A stretch of 64,000 nt of DNA from the NCBI GenBank assembly GCA_026195275.1, contig JAPHQU010000002.1, positions 69,964 to 133,963 of the forward strand, written 5' to 3'. Of the stretch, positions 18,765 to 29,200 are shown piece by piece (within the stretch, counting starts at the first letter, position 1; each line of letters opens with the position of its first letter). A program made the translations under genes and the position numbers. Under the pieces are notes generated by a model, which did no database searches, was not told the origin of the DNA, and saw only the letters and a list, made by a program, of their open reading frames with translations. Origin of the DNA: Minisyncoccota bacterium. Its GTDB lineage: Bacteria > Patescibacteriota > Minisyncoccia > Phycocordibacterales > JABMNX01.

Positions 18765-18790
18765 AAACGCCACACACATGTGTGGCGTTT
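18765..18790. terminator. Bidirectional terminator hairpin aaacgccacacac-atg-tgtggcgttt (smc / rnr convergent)
   Basis: Perfect palindrome between convergent stops, flanked by A and T runs. It carries the same AAACGCCA/TGGCGTTT stem ends as the 8.6-kb and 36.2-kb hairpins. Confidence 0.65.
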
Positions 18791-18804
18791 ATCTTCGTAT
18801 CCTT

Positions 18805-20808
18805 TTATACCGGTTTCCAGGTGAGTTGCTTGTCATCAAGGCTTGCTTCGGCGAGTTTAACGTGAATCGAGTCGCCGAGGCGGTAGGCGCGCTTGGTGCG
18901 CTCGCCCACAACTGCGTACTTTGAGCGGTCGAACACATAGTAGTCGTCCGGGAGGTCGCGGAGACGAATCATGCCGGTCGCCTTCGTCTTATTCTCCTCA
19001 ACAAAAACACCAAAGTCGGTGACGCCACTGATGATGCCGTCGAACATTTCGCCAACATGGTCTTGCATATACTCAACCTGCTTGTAGCGGATTGATTCGC
19101 GCTCTGCAGCAACTGCGTCGGCTTCACGCTGAGACGACTCAATCGCGAGTCTGCGGTAGCGCTGGAGTTCGTCGTGCGGTACCTTCTCACCACCGAGGTA
19201 GTGGGCGAGGATGCGATGCACCATCATGTCCGGGTAGCGCCTAATCGGAGAAGTGAAGTGTGTGTAGTAACTAAAGGCGAGCGAAAAGTGCCCAATATTC
19301 TTTGTCGAGTAGATTGCTTTTGCCATTGAGCGAATAGTGGCGGTCTGAATAAGCTTTTCTTCAGGCTTTCCTTTTGCCGCTTCGAGGAGTTTGTTGATAT
19401 CACGCGAGCGTACAACACCCTGCTTCTCTTCGAGATCGTAGCCGATTGCTTTGAGGAAGACCGCGAGTTCTTGGATCTTCTCTTCGTCTGGTGCGTCGTG
19501 GATTCGGTAGACAACAGTATCTCTGAGTTGGCTCGTGCCGTTACTTTCATCATAGAGGAATCGGGCGACTTCGCGGTTTGCAAGGAGCATGAAGTCCTCA
19601 ATCATCATCATGGTCTCAAGGCGCTCCTTTACAATGACGTTAATCGGCTTTCCTTTCTCGTCGAGTTCAAACTTCACTTCATCGCTCTCAAACGCAATCG
19701 ATCCTTCCTTAAAACGTCCTGCACGAAGTTCTTTTGCGAGTCGTTCCATCTCCTTGAGCTCTTTCTCGTATTCTCCCGATGCGCCGTCGAGTACATCTTG
19801 CGCGCTTTGGTAGGTAAAGCGTTTGTCTGAGTGGATCACGGTGCGACCGAACCAACGACTTTTTACCTCTGCATTTCGATTAAGTTCAAAGACCGCGGAG
19901 AAAGCGAGCTTATCTTCGTTCGGGTTTAAGCTACATACGTCGTTTGAGAGTACCTCGGGGAGCATGGGGATAGTGCGATCAACGAGGTAGATTGACGTGC
20001 CGCGCTTCTGTGCCTCCTCGTCAATCGCTGAGCCGGGCCGTACGTAGTGGGTGACGTCGGCAATGTGGATTCCGACCTCAATCGTGTCTTCATCAATAAA
20101 CGTAACCGAGAGTGCATCATCAAAGTCTTTCGCGTCTGCCGGGTCGATGGTGAAGGTGGTTGCTTCTCGCATGTCGCGCCGCTTTGTGACTTCTTCTTCG
20201 GTGATCTCACGGTTTTCTCCTATCTTTAGAGCTTGTGTCTCAACGTCAGCAGGGAATGATGTGTCGACATCGTGTCCAATCAAGATGGCCTGCATCTCGG
20301 TTTCGTGCTCGCCTTTCTTTCCAATGACTTGGATGACCTTGCCATGCGGGTTTTTGCGCGGGTCGTGCCACTCGGAAAGCTCGACAAGCACCTTTGTATT
20401 CTCGGGAGTCGCCTCAGCACCTTCGGTGACAACAATGTCTGCGTACATACGTCGTTCATCAGGGACGAGATAATACATGCCACTCTCACGCTTGATTGTC
20501 CCGACGAAGCGGGTTCGTGCTCGTTCTTTGACACTAAGAACCTCGCCTTGTTGGCGTATATCCGCACGCTTCGGAAGGAGGACAATCTCAACCGTATCAC
20601 CATGGAGCGCTGTGTTGAGCGACCCCTCGGGAATCTCGATATCTTGCTCAAATCCCTCTGCAGTGACGTAGCCGATGCCGCGTCCGGTGACGCTGATTAT
20701 TCCTTCTATAGTATTTTCTTTCTGTGATGTCATGATTGTTGAGTATAACACGAGAGCTACGCCTGGAAACTCAGAGGAGATTGACGCAGGACGCCCGCTC
20801 TGGTACAT
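18805..20808 (-). CDS. rnr: Ribonuclease R / RNase II family 3'-5' exoribonuclease
   Basis: RNB domain motifs (FTIDPADAKDFDDAL, HIADVTHYV) and a C-terminal S1 domain. Confidence 0.9.
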   Translation of the reverse strand: MYQSGRPASISSEFPGVALVLYSTIMTSQKENTIEGIISVTGRGIGYVTAEGFEQDIEIPEGSLNTALHGDTVEIVLLPKRADIRQQGEVLSVKERARTRFVGTIKRESGMYYLVPDERRMYADIVVTEGAEATPENTKVLVELSEWHDPRKNPHGKVIQVIGKKGEHETEMQAILIGHDVDTSFPADVETQALKIGENREITEEEVTKRRDMREATTFTIDPADAKDFDDALSVTFIDEDTIEVGIHIADVTHYVRPGSAIDEEAQKRGTSIYLVDRTIPMLPEVLSNDVCSLNPNEDKLAFSAVFELNRNAEVKSRWFGRTVIHSDKRFTYQSAQDVLDGASGEYEKELKEMERLAKELRAGRFKEGSIAFESDEVKFELDEKGKPINVIVKERLETMMMIEDFMLLANREVARFLYDESNGTSQLRDTVVYRIHDAPDEEKIQELAVFLKAIGYDLEEKQGVVRSRDINKLLEAAKGKPEEKLIQTATIRSMAKAIYSTKNIGHFSLAFSYYTHFTSPIRRYPDMMVHRILAHYLGGEKVPHDELQRYRRLAIESSQREADAVAAERESIRYKQVEYMQDHVGEMFDGIISGVTDFGVFVEENKTKATGMIRLRDLPDDYYVFDRSKYAVVGERTKRAYRLGDSIHVKLAEASLDDKQLTWKPV

Positions 20809-20816
20809 TAGAGCGC

Positions 20817-21251
20817 ATGTTAAAGATTAGATTAGCACGAATTGGCCGCAAGAATGACCCGTCATTCCGCGTGGTCGTTACCGAATCAACTCGCGGACCA
20901 AAGTCCGGGAAGTATATTGAGGTGCTTGGCAACTACAACCCAAAGATGGACTCAGTTGTTATTGACGGTGAGCGCGCAAAGCATTGGATCAGTGCGGGCG
21001 CGCAAGTCTCAGACACGGTACACAACCTACTTGTTGGACAAGGGGTGATTGAGGGGAAGAAGGTGAACGTGCTTCCAAAGAAATCTCCGATTGTAAAGGA
21101 AGTCGAAGAGTCGGCAGAAATTCCGGCCGAAGCAGCAGAGGCACCTGCGGAGGGGACGGCGCCCGCTGAAGAAGCACCAGCAGAGGAGACTTCAGCTGAG
21201 AAAGAGAAGTCAGTAGAGGAAGCTCCGGCAGAAGAAGAGAAGAGCGAATAA
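20817..21251 (+). CDS. rpsP: 30S ribosomal protein S16 with Ala/Glu/Pro-rich C-terminal extension
   Basis: MLKIRLARIGRKNDPSFRVVVTE...GNYNP matches bS16. The ORF opens at 20736, but the S16 start (M28) is at 20817. Confidence 0.9.
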   Translation: MLKIRLARIGRKNDPSFRVVVTESTRGPKSGKYIEVLGNYNPKMDSVVIDGERAKHWISAGAQVSDTVHNLLVGQGVIEGKKVNVLPKKSPIVKEVEESAEIPAEAAEAPAEGTAPAEEAPAEETSAEKEKSVEEAPAEEEKSE

Positions 21252-21359
21252 GCACAAGTGAGTCATTGACTTCACCTCCGGACTTCATCATAGTTATAGA
21301 TAGGTATTGCTTAGCGTAGGCTGCTGAGTAGGCCGTTACAAATATCAGATAAGATCTAT

Positions 21360-21677
21360 ATGGAACAAGACAGAGAGTTTCTCGAGTACGTAGTTAAAGC
21401 ACTGGTTGATAATCCGGATGATGTAAAGATCGATCGCGTTGTTGACGAGATGGGGGTGCTCCTTACGCTTAATGTGAACCCCGCGGACATGGGAAAGATC
21501 ATCGGACGCTCAGGCAACACCGCGAAAGCGATCCGCACACTCCTTCGCGTCGTTGGTATGAAGAACGACGCCCGAGTAAACCTCAAGATCAATGAGCCAG
21601 CAGGCGGCACCGGCGGTAGGGAAGGAGGAAGTGCAACCAAGACCGTTGACGAAGCGATGGAAGGACTCGACCTCTAA
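21360..21677 (+). CDS. KH-domain RNA-binding protein (UPF0109/YlqC-like, canonical rpsP neighbour)
   Basis: KIIGRSGNTAKAIRTLL is a KH GXXG-type motif. The gene sits between rpsP and trmD. Confidence 0.8.
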   Translation: MEQDREFLEYVVKALVDNPDDVKIDRVVDEMGVLLTLNVNPADMGKIIGRSGNTAKAIRTLLRVVGMKNDARVNLKINEPAGGTGGREGGSATKTVDEAMEGLDL

Positions 21678-21712
21678 CCAGGTTTTAGGTAGTAGGTTTT
21701 AGGTTTTAGTGA

Positions 21713-21739
21713 AAACACCCGGCTTCGCCGGGTGTTTTC
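21713..21739 (+). terminator. Rho-independent terminator after KH-protein gene, flanked by inverted GGTTTTAG / CCTAAAC repeat arrays
   Basis: aaaacacccggc-ttcg-ccgggtgtttt perfect hairpin with a U-run. Confidence 0.75.
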
Positions 21740-21794
21740 TTAGGAACTTGAATTACAACCCAATCACCTATAACCTATAACCTAACACCTAAAC

Positions 21795-22439
21795 ATGATT
21801 CATTTTCACATAGTTACTTTATTTCCCGAGAGCATCGAGCCGTATCTCGATGCATCGATCTTGGGGCGCGCACAAAGGGACAAAAAAATAAAAGTCTCAT
21901 TTTATAATCCGCGCGATTACACGAAAGACAAGCACAATAGGGTTGACCAAAAACCTTATGGCGGTGGCCCCGGTATGGTCCTTGAGGCAGCGTCAGTGCT
22001 CCGCGCAGCAGGGAAGGCTATCGGGCGAAAGAAAGATGTGCTTACGGTCTTTTTCTCGCCAAGCGGCGAGCAGTTTACGAATAATCTTGCGCGCAAGTTC
22101 ACAAAGAAATACAAACATATTGTTTTCATCTGTGGGCACTACGAAGGAGTAGACGCGCGTGTCGCAAAGATACTCAAAGCAAAACATGTCTCGATCGGAC
22201 CATATGTGCTCACTGGTGGAGAGCTTCCGGCAGCAGTCATGATCGACGCGATGGTGCGGCAGATCCCCGGGGTGCTCGGCGCGTACGAGTCGCTCGAAGA
22301 AGAGCGAGTGAGCGCGAGCGAGGTGTACACACGCCCCGAAGTGCTCGTTTGGAAGGATAAACAATACCGAGTTCCTAAAATATTACTCTCAGGTCATCAT
22401 AAGAAGATAGAGGAGTGGAAAAAAAAGAGAAGTAAGTAA
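21795..22439 (+). CDS. trmD: tRNA (guanine37-N1)-methyltransferase
   Basis: IVTLFPE...YGGGPGMVL motifs and a length of 214 aa. Confidence 0.9.
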   Translation: MIHFHIVTLFPESIEPYLDASILGRAQRDKKIKVSFYNPRDYTKDKHNRVDQKPYGGGPGMVLEAASVLRAAGKAIGRKKDVLTVFFSPSGEQFTNNLARKFTKKYKHIVFICGHYEGVDARVAKILKAKHVSIGPYVLTGGELPAAVMIDAMVRQIPGVLGAYESLEEERVSASEVYTRPEVLVWKDKQYRVPKILLSGHHKKIEEWKKKRSK

Positions 22440-22582
22440 ACGAACAACACCAGGCATATATATCAAGATTCGTCGCTCAGTGTGGATAAGAAGCTATTGA
22501 CAGATCTTATTTTTTGTATACTATAGTCAACAGAAATAAGGCAGGCCACGGGGGTCTGCTAAAAACCTTAGGGGGTTTTACA

Positions 22583-22756
22583 ATGCCAATAATCGACGAT
22601 CAGTCTTCACAACAAGAATCAGAGCGGAGCTGCCTGAACTGCGGACATTGCGACCGCTGTCACGGCAACGACTGCGACACAGTCTCTGCTGCGGCAAGCA
22701 GACAACCCGCAATCAAGTCCGCGCTCGCTGAGTCTTGGGTGCCCAGGCCCTACTGA
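22583..22756 (+). CDS. Small (57 aa) Cys/His-rich protein, function unknown
   Basis: A good SD (agggggttttacaATG) precedes the start at 22583. The internal motif CLNCGHCDRCHGNDCD looks like a metal-binding cluster. A strong terminator follows. Confidence 0.45.
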   Translation: MPIIDDQSSQQESERSCLNCGHCDRCHGNDCDTVSAAASRQPAIKSALAESWVPRPY

Positions 22757-22772
22757 GAGCTCTTCTTTGCAG

Positions 22773-22802
22773 AAGACCCGACGCGTATGCGTCGGGTCTT
22801 TT
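22773..22802 (+). terminator. Rho-independent terminator after small Cys-rich gene
   Basis: aagacccgacgc-gta-tgcgtcgggtctt followed by tt. Confidence 0.7.
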
Positions 22803-22996
22803 AATTTGTGATAGTCCCGCGGCGCTATACACACCTCTCTCAAGGACGGATTTGACACCTTCAAAGGCTTCGTGTAGTATGGCAACATACGTTTTTCTGA
22901 GATGATTGAGTAACTGACGCTTTCTTTTTAATACGTTTTTGAGTATTCAACAGGCTGAGTACTCAGATTACAAATCGAATCACACAACACACTTTC

Positions 22997-23024
22997 AAGA
23001 TAAACTTCTATTGAAGTTTATCTT
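22997..23024 (+). promoter_or_regulatory. Perfect 12-bp-stem hairpin (aagataaacttc-tatt-gaagtttatctt) followed by U-rich tract in rpoB leader; candidate attenuator
   Basis: Perfect inverted repeat counted directly. It lies 45 nt upstream of the rpoB ATG, and a T-rich tract tgtgctgttattttgttt follows. Confidence 0.45.
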
Positions 23025-23068
23025 TGTGCTGTTATTTTGTTTACTCCCACATAAATCACGCGCGCGAC

Positions 23069-26000
23069 ATGCTAGAGACAAAAGACACAAAGATCTTCGG
23101 CCGCTTCAAAGAGCCGAAAGCTGAGTACCCACACTTTGTGGAAGCACAACTCGAGTCATACCGCTGGCTCATTGAAGAAGGCATCAAAGAGATATTTGAT
23201 GAGTTTTCTCCGATCAAAGATTATTCAAGCAAGAAGTTTGATCTTGAGATCTCAAAGATAGAGTTTGGTGAGCCAAAGTATGACGAGTACTTTGCCAAGA
23301 AGAACATGCTCACCTACGAGGCACCGCTGCGCGCGATCGTGTCTCTTAAGAATAAAACCATTGGCGGAACCAAGGAGCAGGAGATTTTTCTTGCTGATAT
23401 CCCAATGATGACCGATCACGGGACTTTTGTGATCAACGGTGTTGAACGAGTTATCGTGCCGCAGCTTGCACGCTCGTTTGGCGTATTTTTTGGTACGAAA
23501 GAGCTTCGTGGCAAATCGCACTTTGGTGCAAAGATCATACCGGCGCGTGGTGCGTGGGTTGAAATCGAGTCGGAAGCAGACGGTGCAATCTACGTTAAGA
23601 TCGATCGTAAGCGAAAGTTCCCGGTCACATCACTTCTGCGTATCATGGGCGCGACCTATGACAAGGACATGTTCGACCTTCTTAAAGGGAACCCGAACGC
23701 AAAGGCGGCGCTTGAAGCAACGCTCGAGAAGGATCCCGCAAAAACAGTCGATGAAGCATATATTGAGATTCACCGACGTCTCCGTGACGGGGATCTTGCG
23801 ACCGCGCAAAATGCGCGGGAGTATATCCAATCAATCTTTAGTGAAGAGCGATATGACCTCTCCAAAGTAGGTCGACGACACTTCAACCAGCGTTTTGGTA
23901 TGTCGATTGACGGCAAGGAGCTTGAGCGACGCACGGTCTCGCTTGATGATATTGTCCTGATCGTCTCAAACATCATCTCTCTCAACAATACACCGGACGC
24001 GGTCGCTGACGATATTGATCACCTTGGCTTCCGTCGTGTGCGGTACGTTGGTGAGCTACTTCAGCAAAAGGTCCGTGTTGGTATGAGTCGCATGAAGCGA
24101 AATATTCAGGACCGCATGTCAACGGTTGAGGCGGAGACAACACTTCCAATGCAGTTTATCAACCCGCGACCGTTCCAAGCGGCGGTCAAAGAATTCTTTA
24201 CGACCAACCAGCTTTCTCAGTTTATGAGTCAGCAGAACATTCTCTCTGAGATGGAGCATCTTCGCACGCTCTCAGCACTCGGTCCGGGTGGACTCACTCG
24301 TGAGCGCGCCGGCTTCGAGGTGCGCGATGTACATCCGTCTCACTACGGACGCCTCTGTCCGATCCACACACCGGAAGGACCGAACATTGGTCTTATCCTT
24401 CACCTCTCGACATACGCACGAATCAATGAGTTTGGCATCATAGAAACACCATATGTAAAAGTCTCAGGTGGCAAGGTTACCGGAGAGATCGAGTACTTAA
24501 ACGCGCTTGAAGAGGAGCGACGAAAAATAGCACATGCCGCAACGTCATACGGGGAAGACGGCCTCATCACAGAGAAGGTGGTTGAGGTGCGTATCGCCGG
24601 CGAGCCAACGCTCGTCCCTCGTGAAGATATTGAGTATATCGATGTCGCAACAAACCAGGCGTTCTCAATCGCCCCATCAATGATTCCGTTCCTTGAGAAC
24701 GACGATGCGAACCGCGCACTCATGGGTTCAAACATGCAGAAGCAGGCGACTCCGTGTATCTTGCCGGAGGCGCCTATTGTGGCAACAGGGATTGAGGAAC
24801 AGATTGCCCGCGACTCAGGACGACTCATTTATGCTCCTGAATCTGGCGAGATTACCTATGTTGACGCAAAGAAGATAGAACTAACCACCAACAAGGGCGA
24901 GAAAAAGACGTTCTCACTTGTGAATTTCTTGCGCACCAACGACTTCGGCGTCTCACACCACCGTCCGGTGGTTTCAGTTGGGCAGAAGGTTAAGAAAGGA
25001 GCACTCCTTGCCGACAACACGTCGAGTGATAATGGACAGGTGGCACTCGGGCAGAACATCCGTGTTGCGTTCATGTCATGGTCAGGAGCGAACTACGAGG
25101 ACGCCATTATTATTTCTGAGCGGCTCGTAAAGAATAGTCGTTTTACCAGTATTCATACTGAAGAGTTCAGTGTCTCGGTTCGCGATACCAAGCTCGGTCC
25201 TGAGGTGACCACACACGACATCCCGAATGTTGGTGAAGTAAAGCTTCGGAATCTTGATGAGGAAGGAATTGTTCGTATCGGTGCTGAGGTGCGACCGGGT
25301 GATATCCTGGTTGGAAAGGTCACCCCGAAGGGTGAGACACAGCTTACGCCGGAAGAGCGACTTTTGCGCTCAATTTTCGGAGAGAAAGCAAAAGATGTGA
25401 AGGACACCTCACTTCGTCTTGAGGGAGGGAAGCGCGGTCGCGTGGTCGGGGTAAAGATCTTCTCGCGTGAGAATGGTGACAATCTCGAATCAGGCATCAT
25501 TAAGCGTATCCATGTTGAAGTAGCGCAACTCCGCCCAATTTCAGTTGGAGACAAGATGGCGGGGCGTCACGGAAACAAGGGTGTGATCTCACACATTCTT
25601 CCTGAAGAAGACATGCCATACTCAGCAGACGGTGAGCCGATTGACATCATTCTCACGCCACTTGGTGTGCCTTCTCGTATGAACCTCGGGCAGATTCTTG
25701 AGATGCACCTCGGACTTGCCGCAAATACGCTTGATTACCAAGCAATCGTACCACCATTTGCCGGCGCAACCGGAGAGGAGATTGAGAGTGAGCTTGAGAG
25801 GGCGGGGCACAACAAGAACGGTAAGATGGAGCTCTTTGACGGCCGCACCGGAGAAGCGTTTGATCAGGATGTGGCAGTTGGTTATATGTATATCCTTAAG
25901 CTTCACCACATGGTGGAGGACAAGATCCACATGCGTTCAATCGGCCCATACTCACTCATCACCCAGCAACCGCTTGGCGGAAAGGCTCAGGGTGGTGGTC

Positions 26001-26242
26001 AGCGATTTGGAGAGATGGAAGTCTGGGCACTTCTTGGATATGGAGCCGCATATACGCTCCGTGAAGTGCTCACCATCAAATCGGACGATATTGTCGGGCG
26101 ATCAGCCGCCTTCGACACTATCGTGAAGGGTGGTCACATCTCTCAACTAAACACCCCGGCATCGTTTAATGTCCTACTCAAGCATTTGCGAGGACTTTCA
26201 CTTGACGTCGAACTTAAGAGCGAAGAGTCTAACGAAGAGTAG
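23069..26242 (+). CDS. rpoB: DNA-directed RNA polymerase beta subunit
   Basis: Conserved beta subunit blocks throughout (e.g. GPGGLTRERAGFEVRDVHPSHYGR, NMQKQA, GDKMAGRHGNKGV). Start is at MLETKD. Confidence 0.95.
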   Translation: MLETKDTKIFGRFKEPKAEYPHFVEAQLESYRWLIEEGIKEIFDEFSPIKDYSSKKFDLEISKIEFGEPKYDEYFAKKNMLTYEAPLRAIVSLKNKTIGGTKEQEIFLADIPMMTDHGTFVINGVERVIVPQLARSFGVFFGTKELRGKSHFGAKIIPARGAWVEIESEADGAIYVKIDRKRKFPVTSLLRIMGATYDKDMFDLLKGNPNAKAALEATLEKDPAKTVDEAYIEIHRRLRDGDLATAQNAREYIQSIFSEERYDLSKVGRRHFNQRFGMSIDGKELERRTVSLDDIVLIVSNIISLNNTPDAVADDIDHLGFRRVRYVGELLQQKVRVGMSRMKRNIQDRMSTVEAETTLPMQFINPRPFQAAVKEFFTTNQLSQFMSQQNILSEMEHLRTLSALGPGGLTRERAGFEVRDVHPSHYGRLCPIHTPEGPNIGLILHLSTYARINEFGIIETPYVKVSGGKVTGEIEYLNALEEERRKIAHAATSYGEDGLITEKVVEVRIAGEPTLVPREDIEYIDVATNQAFSIAPSMIPFLENDDANRALMGSNMQKQATPCILPEAPIVATGIEEQIARDSGRLIYAPESGEITYVDAKKIELTTNKGEKKTFSLVNFLRTNDFGVSHHRPVVSVGQKVKKGALLADNTSSDNGQVALGQNIRVAFMSWSGANYEDAIIISERLVKNSRFTSIHTEEFSVSVRDTKLGPEVTTHDIPNVGEVKLRNLDEEGIVRIGAEVRPGDILVGKVTPKGETQLTPEERLLRSIFGEKAKDVKDTSLRLEGGKRGRVVGVKIFSRENGDNLESGIIKRIHVEVAQLRPISVGDKMAGRHGNKGVISHILPEEDMPYSADGEPIDIILTPLGVPSRMNLGQILEMHLGLAANTLDYQAIVPPFAGATGEEIESELERAGHNKNGKMELFDGRTGEAFDQDVAVGYMYILKLHHMVEDKIHMRSIGPYSLITQQPLGGKAQGGGQRFGEMEVWALLGYGAAYTLREVLTIKSDDIVGRSAAFDTIVKGGHISQLNTPASFNVLLKHLRGLSLDVELKSEESNEE

Positions 26243-26245
26243 CCT

Positions 26246-29200
26246 ATGAAAAAAGATTCACACACAAAGCAAGATTTCGACACGATTTCACTGCGGCTCG
26301 CGAGCCCGGATCGTATCCTCGAGTGGTCACATGGGGAGGTGACCAAGCCTGAGACCATCAACTATCGTACACAACGCGCAGAGAAGAACGGACTCTTTGA
26401 CGAGAAGATCTTTGGTCCGGAGAAGGACTTTGAGTGTTACTGTGGTAAATACCGCGGCATCCGCTTTAAAGGTATCGTCTGTGAGAAGTGTGGTGTTGAG
26501 GTGACTCGCTCGATCGTGCGCCGTGAGCGTATGGGGCATATCGAGCTGGCAACCCCGGTATCGCACATCTGGTTCCTTCGTGGCATCCCGTCACGTATCG
26601 CTCTTATCTTGGGGCTCTCAGCAAGTGATGTAGAGAAGGTGGTTTACTTCGCCGGATACATCATCACCAAGGTGAGCGAAAATGAACGCGGACGACTTCT
26701 TAAGGAGCTTGATACCGAATACAAGACCAAGGTGAAAGCGGTCTCTGATGCGAAGACCAAGACAAAGCTCAAAGAGCTCTTTACGCAGACCAAAAAGGAT
26801 ATCGAAGGAATCGCTACAGGGATCGTCCTTGGTGAGGCGACCTACCATACCTACTCGGTGAAATTTGGCGGTCTTTTCGAAGCGGAGATTGGCGCGGAAG
26901 CGATTTATAACATCTTTAAGAATACTGATCTTGGGAAGCTCGCACAGACGCTCGAAGAACGATTTGAGAAAGCCGGTGCGGTTGAGCGAGTCAAATTGAA
27001 TAAACGGCTCAGCCTCATCCGCTCGATGGCAGGAGCAGAACTCCGTCCCGAGTGGATGTTCATGACACGACTTCCGGTCATCCCGCCAATGCTTCGTCCG
27101 ATGGTTGCTCTTGAGGGTGGACGCCACGCGTCTTCTGACATTAACGACCTGTATCGTCGCGTGATCAACCGCAACAACCGCCTCAAAAAACTTATTGATA
27201 TCAATGCGCCTGATGTGATATTGCGCAACGAGAAAAGAATCCTTCAAGAGGCAGTTGATGCACTTCTTGATAACTCGATCCGCCACGGCAACACGGCATT
27301 TTCAGCAATGAGTCAGTCGCACCGACGACCACTCAAGTCTCTCTCTGACTACCTTAAAGGAAAGCAGGGGTACTTCCGCGGTAACCTTCTCGGCAAACGA
27401 GTCGACTACTCAGGTCGTTCGGTAATTGTCGTTGGTCCTCATCTCAAACTTGATGAGTGTGGATTGCCGAAACATATGGCACTCGAACTCTTTCGACCGT
27501 TTGTTATTTCACAGCTACTCCAGAAGGAACTCGCGTATAACATCCGCGGCGCAGGGCGCCTCATTGACGATGGTATTCCCGAGGTGTGGGCAATCCTTGA
27601 AGATGTGATCAAAGACAAGCACGTGCTTCTTAACCGTGCGCCAACACTCCACCGTCAAGGTATCCAGGCATTTCGTCCGCAGCTTATCGAGGGTAACGCA
27701 ATCCAACTTCATCCGCTCGTCTGTTCGGCATTCAATGCTGACTTCGACGGTGACCAGATGGCGGTTCATGTACCACTCTCAGAAGAGGCACAGCTCGAAG
27801 CGCGTGAGATCATGTCTGCAAACAAGAACATTCTTAAACCGGGTTCAGGGGAAGTGGTCACGAGTCCACGCCAGGACATCATTCTTGGTTGTTACTGGAT
27901 GACCAAGATTGTTGAAGGCGAGCGAGGGGAAGGAAAATATTTCCCAACACCAAACAACGCAATCACCGCGTACGACTTTGGTGCGGTTGGATTCCGTGCA
28001 CGCGTGAAAATTCTCCCAACTGACAGTAAAAAATACGAACAGTTTGACGGAAAGGTATTTGAGACCTCTGTTGGACGTCTCCTCTTCAACTCAGTGCTTC
28101 CAAGCGACTACCCATTCATTAACGATGAGATGACCAATAAAAAGATGTCAGTCCTCGTTGATAGTCTTATTGAACAGTATGGCCTCGACGGCATCTCAGA
28201 CATTCTTGATAAGATCAAGGCGTTTGGATTCAAGTATGCGACGTACTCGGGTATCACCTGGAGTCTCTCTGATCTTATTGTTCCTGAGAAGAAGAAAGAG
28301 ATCATTGCTGGTGCTAAGAAGAAGAGCGAGGAAATCATTCTTCAGTACAACGAAGGGCTCCTTTCAACTACAGAACGGCATCGTATGTCCGTAGAAAACT
28401 GGATGCAAGCAAAGAATGATATCGAGAAACTGCTTCCCGATTCTCTTGACCCAAATGGTTCAATTAACGACATGCTTGTCTCCGGGGCACGTGGTTCGAT
28501 CAGTCAGCTCTCACAGATGGCCGGTATGAAGGGACTTATTCAGAACCCGCGTGGCGAGACCATTGAATTCCCGATTGTGGCGTCTATGAAAGAAGGTCTC
28601 TCACCAATTGAGTACTTTATTACCACTCACGGATCGCGAAAAGGTCTTACTGACACCGCGCTCCAGACTGCGAAGGCGGGGTATCTGACCCGACGACTCT
28701 TCGACGTTGCACAAGATGCGATTGTCTCAGAGGATGATTGTAAGAGTAAGGAAAGCGTGCGCATCACTCACGAGAGCGCTTCTGGGATTCAGGTCTCTAT
28801 CGCGCGCGATATTGTTGGTCGCTATCTTGCAGAGAACGCCCTCGACAAAGATGGTAAGGTGCTCTACAAGAAGGGAGACCTCGTTGGTCCAAAAGAGGCT
28901 CGTGAGATTGAGGAAGGTGGCGCTGAAGAGGTGTTCGTACGCTCACCAATGACCTGTAAATCAAGACATGGTGTATGTCGCGCGTGTTACGGGACCGACA
29001 TGTCGCATGGCGGAATTGTTGAGCTTGGAGAAGCAGTCGGAACTGTGGCTGCACAAGCAATCGGTGAGCCGGGAACACAGCTGACGATGCGTACCTTCCA
29101 CGCCGGAGGTATTGCCTCAGCCGGAGGCGACATTACTCATGGACTTCCACGAGTTGAGGAGGTGTTTGAGAAACGATCTCCAAAGAACTCCGCCGCAATT

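Noticed and set aside
21681-21794. Possible CRISPR array (GGTTTTAG repeats)
   Set aside because: The repeats are only 7-8 bp, the spacers are irregular 0-6 bp, and the two arrays are inverted relative to each other around a terminator. This is not CRISPR architecture, and there are no cas genes.
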